Below are positions 6,491-12,911 of a stretch of DNA of 12,911 nt, in pieces. The notes beneath the pieces are model-generated. The model was not told the origin of the DNA and did not search any database. It worked only from the letters and a program-made list of their open reading frames with translations. The stretch is from the NCBI GenBank assembly GCA_046539235.1, contig JBKHHI010000172.1, forward strand, positions 1 to 12,911, given 5' to 3'. This DNA comes from Coleofasciculus sp. (GTDB lineage Bacteria > Cyanobacteriota > Cyanobacteriia > Cyanobacteriales > Coleofasciculaceae). The translations under genes and the position numbers were made by a program. Position 1 is the stretch's first letter, and each line of letters starts with the position of its first letter.

Positions 6491-6561
6491 CGCGATCGCA
6501 CTCGACCTGCTGAAAATAATAAGGATAGAGTTAAGGGTTCCTCTAACCCTATACCCTCTAC
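6491..6561. repeat. Dispersed repeat copy B (HIP1-containing), upstream of ycf66
   Basis: cgcgatcgcactcgacct (6491-6508) is identical to 2142-2159. It is followed by tgaaaataataaggatag, the hairpin agggtt-cctct-aaccct, and ataccct. Confidence 0.5.
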
Positions 6562-6596
6562 AATGATGAACGTCTGTTTCAAGGAGTATCCGCCTA

Positions 6597-8090
6597 ATGT
6601 TGCCATACGTCCTCGCGTTGGTTATCGGTCTTGGTAGCTTTGCCTATTACATGGCAGCATTCTTTTTTCCCGAAGTCCACCGCAAAAGCGACTTCCTCTG
6701 GAGTGGTGTCGGATTTTTCTACGCCCTCGTCTTGTGGGTGTGCGCCGGACGGATTACCGGGGCGGTACTCCTGAGTCAAATCGCCAGTGTATCCCTATTG
6801 GGCTGGTTAGGCTGGCAAACTCTGATGCTGCGGCGACAGTTGGCTTTACCTGAAGCCCAAACCGAAATTTCGCCCCAAGTTCAGGAAAAAATAGCCAGTT
6901 CTGGGATGTTCCAATTGGCAAAAAACCTAGTGGTTCAACCCGTCGCCCGGGTGTTCCGTAGAAAACCCGTTACACCAACCCCAGTCGTGACTGAACCGGA
7001 ACTCGTGACGGAACCAGCGACGCCAGAGACGGAAATCGCCCCAGCCAAAACGGAAATGGGAGAACCCTTCCCTGGAACAGTTACAGAGATAACTGAGGAA
7101 GTGCAACCGCCATCGGAAGAAAGCGATGTCCCCGTCGCCTCTCCCACAGAGGTAAGAGAGGAAACCCCAGAGGAAACCCTAGAGGAACCCGTAATGGCGG
7201 ATATCACTGAACCGGCTGAAGTCACGGAAACAGTAGAAACAACGCCAACTGAACGGGTAGAGGAACCCCCTGAGGAAACAACGCCGCCAGAACAGATAGG
7301 GGAATTTGCCCCAGACGAGTCTCCAACCCAGACACCCCTAGAAGAATGGACGTTAACCGAGACACCTGTAGCCGAGACACCCCTAGAAGAACAGACGTTA
7401 ACCGAGACACCTACAGAAGAGAAACCCGCAGAAGCACAGACATTAACCGAGACACCTACAGAAGAGAAACCCGCAGAACCCGCCCAGAAACAACCCAAAC
7501 AACGCCAAGGAATTAGTGGCTTCTTCAATAATCTCTTGGGCAAAGGTAAGGCAAAACCCGCTAAAACCAAGGAACCTGAGACAGTATCAGAGGATATTTC
7601 CACTTCACCCGAACCAGAAATCTCTGAATCCAGTCAGCCAGACACCCCACTCAAGGAGTCCCCAACTCCGAGTCAGGGTACAGAAGAAACAGCCGAATCT
7701 GAGGAAGCCCAACCCCCAGAAACCTCAGAGGAAACCTCAAGCGTTGACAGTACCTTAGGGGAACAACCACAGCCACCTAAACCAGAACTCCCGCAGAACC
7801 AGGAAGCCCAACCCCCAGAAACCCCAGAGAAACCAACAGCCGAGGGGACTCAACCCTCCGACTCCAAACAACTCATACGTCCGAATCCGCCGGAACCCGA
7901 ACGGATAGACGCGGCGAACCAATCGGCTGAACCTGAATCCTCAGAATCCCAAGAAATCCCCGTCGAAGAAATTGCGCCAGAATCGCAACTATCGCCCCCC
8001 GCTGAACAGATAGGTGAGGGTGACCCCAAATCCCGCCCATCTTCTGGCGAATCATCCCCAGGTTCAGAAAATCCTCCCCAGTCAAGTTGA
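6597..8090 (+). CDS. ycf66: Ycf66-family membrane protein with a long acidic Pro/Glu/Thr/Ser-rich C-terminal extension
   Basis: The N-terminal ~85 aa, MLPYVLALVIGLGSFAYYMAAFFFPEVHRKSDFLWSGVGFFYALVLWVCAGRITGAVLLSQIASVSLLGWLGWQTLMLRRQL, matches the conserved Ycf66 N-terminal hydrophobic (transmembrane) domain as I remember it. SD aaggag (6581-6586) lies 10 nt before the ATG. The rest is low-complexity and disordered. Confidence 0.8.
   Translation: MLPYVLALVIGLGSFAYYMAAFFFPEVHRKSDFLWSGVGFFYALVLWVCAGRITGAVLLSQIASVSLLGWLGWQTLMLRRQLALPEAQTEISPQVQEKIASSGMFQLAKNLVVQPVARVFRRKPVTPTPVVTEPELVTEPATPETEIAPAKTEMGEPFPGTVTEITEEVQPPSEESDVPVASPTEVREETPEETLEEPVMADITEPAEVTETVETTPTERVEEPPEETTPPEQIGEFAPDESPTQTPLEEWTLTETPVAETPLEEQTLTETPTEEKPAEAQTLTETPTEEKPAEPAQKQPKQRQGISGFFNNLLGKGKAKPAKTKEPETVSEDISTSPEPEISESSQPDTPLKESPTPSQGTEETAESEEAQPPETSEETSSVDSTLGEQPQPPKPELPQNQEAQPPETPEKPTAEGTQPSDSKQLIRPNPPEPERIDAANQSAEPESSESQEIPVEEIAPESQLSPPAEQIGEGDPKSRPSSGESSPGSENPPQSS
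7331..7480 (+). repeat. 45-bp in-frame tandem repeat (~3.3 copies) inside the ycf66 tail
   Basis: Units start at 7331, 7376, 7421 and 7466 (the last is partial). They encode TPLEEWTLTETPVAE / TPLEEQTLTETPTEE / KPAEAQTLTETPTEE / KPAEP. Confidence 0.85.
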
Positions 8091-8115
8091 AACCATGGCG
8101 AATTCTCACTAATGT
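8087..8115 (+). promoter_or_regulatory. Candidate sigma70-type promoter, copy 1 (TTGAAA-17-TAATGT)
   Basis: ttgaaa at 8087-8092 overlaps the ycf66 stop. taatgt is at 8110-8115. The motif is duplicated in copy 2. This is pattern matching only. Confidence 0.25.
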
Positions 8116-8193
8116 AGGGATAAATCAAGAAGGGATAGTCGGGAATAATCCCAACTCCCCCATAAGTACAACCACTAACCAACAGATTGAACT

Positions 8194-8478
8194 GTGACAG
8201 ACGCTAAATCCAACAAAGGCACCGAAAATCAGCCCCAAAATCAACAACTCCCTCAGAACGAGGAAGCACAACCCACGCACCCGCATCCGCCTGAACCCGA
8301 ACTGGTAGAAACGGCGAAACAATCGGCGGAAACTAAATCCCCAAAGGAAATCCCCGTCGAAGAAATTGCCCCAGAATCGCAACTATCGCCCCTGGCTGAA
8401 CCCATAGGTGAGGGTGACCCAAAATCCCGCACCTCTCCTGGCGAAGTATCCCCAGGTTCAGAAAATCCTCCCCAGTAA
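8194..8478 (+). CDS. Chimeric ORF made by the duplication: ileS-derived start (about 15 codons) fused to a copy of the Ycf66 C-terminal tail
   Basis: MTDAKSNKGTENQPQ compares with the ileS start MTEAKSYKDTVNLPQ. LPQNEEAQP...EIPVEEIAPESQLSPLAEPIGEGDPKSRTSPGEVSPGSENPPQ compares with the Ycf66 tail LPQNQEAQP...EIPVEEIAPESQLSPPAEQIGEGDPKSRPSSGESSPGSENPPQSS. It has the same GTG and leader as ileS. Expression is unproven. Confidence 0.4.
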   Translation: MTDAKSNKGTENQPQNQQLPQNEEAQPTHPHPPEPELVETAKQSAETKSPKEIPVEEIAPESQLSPLAEPIGEGDPKSRTSPGEVSPGSENPPQ

Positions 8479-8480
8479 AG

Positions 8481-8510
8481 TTGAAAGGATGGCAAATTCT
8501 CACCCATAAT
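8481..8510 (+). promoter_or_regulatory. Candidate sigma70-type promoter for ileS (TTGAAA-18-CATAAT)
   Basis: ttgaaa at 8481-8486 and cataat at 8505-8510, about 95 nt upstream of GTG 8605. This is pattern matching only. Confidence 0.3.
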
Positions 8511-8604
8511 GTAGGGATAGATCAAGCTGCTTATTGTAAAAAGGGATCATGGGGACTCATCCCAACTCCCCTAGACGTACAACCACTAACCAACAGGTCG
8601 AACT

Positions 8605-11600
8605 GTGACAGAAGCTAAATCCTACAAAGACACCGTAAATCTGCCCCAAACTGAATTTAGTATGCGGGCAAACGCGGTCAAACGGGAACCGGAACTCCAA
8701 CAATTTTGGCAAGACCAACAAATTTATCAGCGACTGTCACAGACGAATCCCGGTGATAGTTTCATCCTGCATGATGGTCCCCCCTACGCGAATGGGGCGC
8801 TGCATATGGGACACGCCCTAAATAAAATTCTTAAAGATATCATCAATAAATATAAGCTGCTGCAAGGGTATAAAGTTCGCTACATTCCTGGCTGGGATTG
8901 CCACGGCTTGCCGATTGAACTGAAAGTCCTGCAAGCCATGGACGCCGAAGAACGCCAAGCCCTAACCCCGATAAAACTGCGGCGCAAAGCCCGAAACTTT
9001 GCCTTGAAAACGGTTGACCAGCAACGTCAAGGCTTTAAACGGTATGGTGTATGGGGAGACTGGGATCACCCTTACCTGACCTTAACCCCCGAATACGAAG
9101 CCGCTCAAATAGGCGTATTCGGTCAGATGGTGCTAAAAGGGTATATCTATCGGGGAATGAAGCCCGTTCATTGGAGTCCCAGTTCCCAAACCGCCTTGGC
9201 AGAAGCGGAGTTAGAATATCCAGAAGGACATACCTCCCGCAGTCTTTATGCGGCGTTTCCCCTGACCAAAGCCACAGAATCTGTGGAAGCTAGGCTAAAA
9301 CCCTATTTAGTGGATTTGGGTGTCGCCATCTGGACAACCACCCCCTGGACAATTCCCGGTAACTTAGCCGTGGCGGTGAATCCCGAACTCACCTACGCGG
9401 TTGTAGAAGTGTCAGGGAAATCAGCCAGTCAGGAGGCGGAAAAATCCTCTAAGTCGAATAAAACAAAGGCAAAAGGATTTGCGCCAACGCCAGACGAGGA
9501 ATCCGCAGACGCAGAAGCATCAGCCGACTCAGACACGGAAGCCGAAGGGTTTAAATACTTAATCGTGGCGGCGGAATTAGTCGAACGCCTTTCTCAAACC
9601 TTGGATAAAGATCTAACCGTCAAAACTACCCTGAAAGGAGAAGAATTAGACCAGTGTACCTATCGCCATCCCCTCTTTGACCGGGAAAGTCCGATTGTGA
9701 TTGGTGGCGATTATATTACCACCGAATCAGGTACGGGATTAGTTCATACTGCACCCGGTCATGGTCAAGAGGATTATATCGTCGGTCAGCGCTACAATTT
9801 ACCGATTATCTCTCCTGTAGATGGAAATGGAGATTTTACCACCGAAGCTGGACCCTTTGCTGGGTTAAATGTGCTGCGGAATGCGAATCCGGCGGTGATT
9901 GACGCCCTGAAAGAGGCGGGTTCGTTCCTTAAAGAAGAAAACTACGTCCATAAATATCCCTACGATTGGCGCACTAAAGAACCAACTATCTTCCGGGCGA
10001 CGGAACAATGGTTTGCGTCGGTGGATGGTTTCCGGGAAGAAGTGATGAAAGCAATTCAATCCGTTGATTGGATTCCTTCCCAAGGTGAAAACCGGATTAC
10101 CGCTATGGTGTCGGAACGTTCCGATTGGTGTATCTCCCGCCAACGGAGTTGGGGTGTACCGATTCCGGTGTTTTATGATCAGGAGACGAATGAACCTCTA
10201 CTGACAGAAGAAACCATCGCCCACGTACAAGGGATTATTGCCGAAAAAGGGTCCGATGCGTGGTGGGAATTGTCGGTGACGGACTTATTACCCGAATCCT
10301 ACCGAAATAATGGTCGCACCTACCGCAAAGGCACCGATACGATGGATGTCTGGTTTGATTCCGGTTCGTCTTGGGCGGGAGTTGTGCAAGAACGTGAGGA
10401 ATTATCCTACCCTGTCGATATGTACCTGGAAGGGTCAGATCAACATCGGGGTTGGTTCCAATCCAGTATCCTCACCAGTGTGGCAACAAATGGTTGTGCG
10501 CCCTATAAATCAGTATTAACCCACGGCTTTGTTCTGGATGAACAAGGGCGTAAAATGAGCAAATCTGTGGGCAATGTGGTAGACCCCGCGACGATTATTG
10601 AAGGGGGGAAGAATCATAAACAGGAACCGCCTTATGGGGCGGATATGCTGCGGCTATGGGTGTCGTCTGTGGACTACTCAGTCGATGTCCCTATTGGTCA
10701 AGGAATACTCAAACAGCTTTCCGATATTTATCGCAAGATTCGCAATACGGCGCGATTTTTATTGGGGAATCTGCATGATTTTGACCCTGCTAAAAATGCG
10801 GTGGCGTATGAACAGTTACCGGAATTAGACCGTTATATGCTGCACCGGATAACGGAGGTGTTTGGTGAGGTGACTGAGGCGTTTGAAAGTTATCAGTTTT
10901 TCCGTTTCTTCCAAACGGTGCAGAATTTCTGTGTGGTGGATTTGTCTAACTTTTATTTAGATATTGCGAAAGATCGTCTGTATATCAGTCATCCAGATTC
11001 GGTACGACGGCGCAGTTGTCAGACGGTATTAGCGATCGCACTGGAAAATTTAGCTCGATCCATTGCGCCTGTATTATGCCATACAGCAGAAGATATCTGG
11101 CAATATCTGCCTTATCCGACTCCCTATAAATCAGTGTTTGAGTCAGGATGGGTGCAGTTAGATGAAACCTGGAAAAAGCCAGAATTGGTGGAGAAATGGA
11201 CAAGGTTACGGAATATCCGCACTGAGGTGAATAAGGTTTTAGAGCAAGCCAGGACAGAGAAGATGATAGGCTCTTCTTTAGAAGCGAAAGTGTTGCTCTA
11301 TGTCCCTGATGCTCAATTACGCCAACAGTTGCGGAAATTAAACCCCAGTGGGATTCCGCGCCTGTGGTTGCAAACCCCGAAACCGGAACTGATGATGATG
11401 GAACAGGAACCCGAAGCAGCATTAGCTTCAGAAATGCTGTCCTCACAGACAGAAGCACAAGAGTGGAACTTTAACCAAATTCTGTCTAATGTATTGGTGA
11501 CGCTACGCCAGGTTTTCAGTGAAAATCAGCGCGTATGGTTAACGGTGGGGGTAGTGGTGGCGATACCGATTACCTTAAAAGTAACCGCAACGGTATTAGA

Positions 11601-12111
11601 TTCGATCGCACGTTTACCCTTATTGGCTGATATGTTGCAACTGGTGGGGATTGGCTACAGTGCATGGTTTGTCAATCGCTATTTACTCCGCGCCCCCAAT
11701 CGGCAAGAATTAGCCCAGAAAGCGCGATCGCTAAAAACTGAGGTATTGGGTGAAGGTTCTCCCCAACCGGAACCTGCGACGACTGAACCCGCCGTCGAAC
11801 CCCCAGCGCCAGTACAACCCCAACCCCAACCCCAACCCAGAATTCTAGGGGAACGGTTTATGGTTCTCAGTAACGGGGTGGATGAGTTGCGCTATCTGTT
11901 TTTAGCCTCCCAAGTTGAGGTATTAGAGTCCCCGGATGCGATTGAAAATGCTGACTATCACAGTCAGTCAGAACACGTCTGGGTGGGGGTTGTCAAAGCT
12001 GAAGGCGAAAAGTGCGATCGCTGCTGGAATTATTCACCTTTTGTGGGTAAAATTATCGAGCATCCCACGATTTGTGAACGGTGTCGGGCGGCTTTAGCGG
12101 GCCAATGGTAA
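8605..12111 (+). CDS. ileS: Isoleucine--tRNA ligase (class I) with two lineage-specific insertions, including a CAAD membrane-anchor domain
   Basis: N-terminus MTEAKSYKDTVNLPQTEFSMRAN. HIGH-type motif PPYANGALHMGHALNK. KMSKS in GRKMSKSVGN. Editing-domain motifs (TTTPWTIPGN, HTAPGHGQEDY). C-terminal Zn-finger CDRCWNY...CERC. GTG start at 8605. Confidence 0.97.
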   Translation: MTEAKSYKDTVNLPQTEFSMRANAVKREPELQQFWQDQQIYQRLSQTNPGDSFILHDGPPYANGALHMGHALNKILKDIINKYKLLQGYKVRYIPGWDCHGLPIELKVLQAMDAEERQALTPIKLRRKARNFALKTVDQQRQGFKRYGVWGDWDHPYLTLTPEYEAAQIGVFGQMVLKGYIYRGMKPVHWSPSSQTALAEAELEYPEGHTSRSLYAAFPLTKATESVEARLKPYLVDLGVAIWTTTPWTIPGNLAVAVNPELTYAVVEVSGKSASQEAEKSSKSNKTKAKGFAPTPDEESADAEASADSDTEAEGFKYLIVAAELVERLSQTLDKDLTVKTTLKGEELDQCTYRHPLFDRESPIVIGGDYITTESGTGLVHTAPGHGQEDYIVGQRYNLPIISPVDGNGDFTTEAGPFAGLNVLRNANPAVIDALKEAGSFLKEENYVHKYPYDWRTKEPTIFRATEQWFASVDGFREEVMKAIQSVDWIPSQGENRITAMVSERSDWCISRQRSWGVPIPVFYDQETNEPLLTEETIAHVQGIIAEKGSDAWWELSVTDLLPESYRNNGRTYRKGTDTMDVWFDSGSSWAGVVQEREELSYPVDMYLEGSDQHRGWFQSSILTSVATNGCAPYKSVLTHGFVLDEQGRKMSKSVGNVVDPATIIEGGKNHKQEPPYGADMLRLWVSSVDYSVDVPIGQGILKQLSDIYRKIRNTARFLLGNLHDFDPAKNAVAYEQLPELDRYMLHRITEVFGEVTEAFESYQFFRFFQTVQNFCVVDLSNFYLDIAKDRLYISHPDSVRRRSCQTVLAIALENLARSIAPVLCHTAEDIWQYLPYPTPYKSVFESGWVQLDETWKKPELVEKWTRLRNIRTEVNKVLEQARTEKMIGSSLEAKVLLYVPDAQLRQQLRKLNPSGIPRLWLQTPKPELMMMEQEPEAALASEMLSSQTEAQEWNFNQILSNVLVTLRQVFSENQRVWLTVGVVVAIPITLKVTATVLDSIARLPLLADMLQLVGIGYSAWFVNRYLLRAPNRQELAQKARSLKTEVLGEGSPQPEPATTEPAVEPPAPVQPQPQPQPRILGERFMVLSNGVDELRYLFLASQVEVLESPDAIENADYHSQSEHVWVGVVKAEGEKCDRCWNYSPFVGKIIEHPTICERCRAALAGQW
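11350..11868 (+). other. CAAD-domain-encoding insertion within ileS (two transmembrane helices plus a Pro-rich linker)
   Basis: Between conserved LRKLNPSG and NGVDELRYLFLASQVEV lie about 173 extra aa. They contain RVWLTVGVVVAIPITLKVTATVLDSI (about 11530-11605) and LPLLADMLQLVGIGYSAWFVNRYLL (about 11614-11688), then RQELAQKA. This is the CAAD/CURT1 signature. It is followed by PQPEPATTEPAVEPPAPVQPQPQPQP, with (caaccc)x4 at 11815-11838. Confidence 0.85.
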
Positions 12112-12113
12112 AC

Positions 12114-12148
12114 TGTCATTTGTCATTCGTCATTTGTCATTCGTCATT
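12114..12148. repeat. Heptanucleotide tandem repeat (STRR-like), (T/C)GTCATT x5
   Basis: tgtcatt tgtcatt cgtcatt tgtcatt cgtcatt, starting 3 nt after the ileS stop. Confidence 0.9.
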
Positions 12149-12213
12149 CGTTCAATCAAGGAATTCTCGCCTTCACAATTGGCTTTGCCGTATTTATAGC
12201 TGTCGCCAGTAGT

Positions 12214-12280
12214 GTTAGGACAGTATTGATTTGTAGAGACGTTCCGGCGGAACGTCTTCAGGAATTGTGTTGATCCTAAC
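12214..12280. repeat. Nested hairpin, MITE/SDR-like element
   Basis: Outer arms gttagga (12214-12220) and tcctaac (12274-12280). Inner perfect stem agacgttcc-ggc-ggaacgtct (12237-12257), a recurrent cyanobacterial repeat type. Confidence 0.5.
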
Positions 12281-12452
12281 AGATTTGTCTACTGCTATAT
12301 GGTGATAAGCTGTTCGGCATTTAAATCTTAATGTCAATAATAGCGAAAGGATGGTAGTGCGTTTAGCGAAGCCATGCCGCAGGCTTTGCATCTTGGTCGC
12401 TACTAATACCCAATTTAAATGCATGACAGCTTAAGGAAAAGGTACTGAATGT

Positions 12453-12911
12453 TCAGTCACCTACAAACGTTCCGCTACCCAGTGATAGTTTAGCGTTAAA
12501 AGTACCCTGAATCTCGGTTGCCATTTTCGGTACGCACAGATAGAGTTTTCCTGGCAGGTAATCTCCCTGTCGCTGACCAATCTGCAAAAATACTCGGTAA
12601 TCTAGGTCGTCAAGTGTACTGTAATCCCACAACGTATAATGATCGACATCCGAATCCTCTTGCAGGTTCTTTACATACTCCGTTGCATCAACACGATAAT
12701 CCCAGATACTTTCGCGTTCTGTGCCGTATCTTCCTCCGTAAGCATAGGTTGTTCCTTCCGCCTTGGACGTGTAATACTCTATCGGTTCTACAGGAGACGA
12801 AGCACCAATGAGTATGTCAAAGATAAATAACACTGTGATTGCCTGGGGATCAAGATTTCCATGCTGTATCCGTAGTTTAGGAAACGAAATATCTGACTTG
12901 TCTAAGGAAAA
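12453..12911 (-). CDS. Hypothetical protein, 5'-partial (ORF open to the right edge of the window)
   Basis: The frame of the listed 126-aa ORF stays open upstream of its GTG (12833) through 12911: FSLDKSDISFPKLRIQHGNLDPQAITV then LFIFDILIGASSP... The real start therefore probably lies outside the window. I recognise no motif. It is convergent with ileS. Confidence 0.55.
   Translation of the reverse strand, partial: FSLDKSDISFPKLRIQHGNLDPQAITVLFIFDILIGASSPVEPIEYYTSKAEGTTYAYGGRYGTERESIWDYRVDATEYVKNLQEDSDVDHYTLWDYSTLDDLDYRVFLQIGQRQGDYLPGKLYLCVPKMATEIQGTFNAKLSLGSGTFVGD

Larger units (their letters stand above)
7788..8650 (+). repeat. Diverged tandem segmental duplication: copy 1 at 7788-8240, copy 2 at 8248-8650. 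Each unit covers the ycf66 3' end, the intergenic leader and the ileS start.
   Basis: ctcccgcagaaccaggaagcccaaccc (7788) matches ctccctcagaacgaggaagcacaaccc (8248). gaaatccccgtcgaagaaattgc(g/c)ccagaatcgcaactatcgcccc is in both copies. cccaactcccc..gtacaaccactaaccaacag.t.gaactGTGACAGA(C/A)GCTAAATCC ends at 8194 and at 8605. There are indels, so the offsets range from 396 to 460 bp. Confidence 0.9.

Noticed and set aside
6594-6779. 61-aa minus-strand ORF
   Set aside because: It is antisense to the most conserved part of ycf66.
6935-7603. 222-aa minus-strand ORF (plus 7222..7410 minus and 7516..7758 plus) inside the ycf66 tail
   Set aside because: These are antisense or off-frame shadows of a low-complexity GA/CC-rich coding region. 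The product is a Ser/Gly/Val mirror of the Glu/Pro/Thr tail. The plus-strand frame is anchored by the conserved Ycf66 N-terminal domain.
7850-8525. Minus-strand ORFs 7850..8182, 7873..8109, 8125..8382 and 8253..8525
   Set aside because: They occur as paired look-alikes only because the underlying DNA is duplicated. They are antisense to the Ycf66 tail, the chimeric ORF and the leader, and they have no start context or recognisable motif.
8479-8604. Possible T-box or attenuator leader upstream of ileS
   Set aside because: The leader is only about 95-125 nt. I find no T-box consensus (no ..GGTGGTACCGCG..-like segment) and no terminator/antiterminator pair. T-boxes are also not a cyanobacterial feature.
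9051-11458. Embedded ORFs 9051..9293, 9865..10143 (minus), 10310..10519, 10598..10828 and 10985..11458 (minus)
   Set aside because: All lie within ileS, whose frame is supported end to end by class I synthetase motifs.
12317-12422. 106-bp MITE bounded by gcatttaaat / atttaaatgc
   Set aside because: The core ATTTAAAT is itself a palindrome, so the apparent inverted repeat is only 2 nt longer than two chance copies of an AT-rich palindrome. It is kept only as a note within the repeat-rich intergenic finding.
12215-12424. 69-aa minus-strand ORF between ileS and the right-edge gene
   Set aside because: It is composed of hairpin and dispersed repeat modules, has no RBS or motif, and is most likely non-coding.
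12518-12830. Plus-strand ORFs 12518..12811 and 12639..12830
   Set aside because: They are antisense to a longer frame that stays open to the window edge. Their products are His/Arg/Leu/Cys-rich with no motif. This is a lower-confidence rejection.
1-12911. tRNA, rRNA or other structured RNA genes
   Set aside because: I could see no cloverleaf-compatible segment and no rRNA-like conserved block on either strand. This was a by-eye scan only, so small ncRNAs cannot be excluded.

Overview
Cyanobacterial chromosomal DNA. Support: nine exact HIP1 octamers (GCGATCGC), an STRR-like heptamer run, many small G/C-hairpin dispersed repeats, ycf66, and an ileS carrying a CAAD membrane-anchor insertion. 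The window splits into two parts. (1) Positions 1-6300 are an accessory, visibly decaying patch. It holds an ~820-bp IS remnant with 19-bp terminal inverted repeats. It also holds a wrecked nSTAND-type NTPase/WD40 gene with 5' truncation, an in-frame TAA, an in-frame repeat insertion and a large internal deletion. Next comes an NB-ARC + TPR STAND (NLR-like) NTPase whose N-terminal helical module is cut off by a single in-frame TGA, then a PIN-toxin/antitoxin pair on the minus strand. (2) Positions 6597-12111 are core genes. ycf66 has a ~400-aa acidic Pro/Glu/Thr tail. A diverged ~400-450 bp tandem duplication spans the ycf66 3' end, the intergenic leader and the first ~15 codons of ileS, and creates a chimeric 94-codon ORF. 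ileS itself is 1168 aa, with an acidic insertion in the editing-domain region and a two-TM CAAD insertion before the C-terminal Zn-finger. A convergent minus-strand ORF at the right edge is open to the end of the window. The best candidate for something new is the split N-module/NB-ARC/TPR gene and its STAND-rich neighbourhood. The ycf66-ileS duplication is the most unusual structural feature. All domain calls come from reading motifs by eye; no searches were run.
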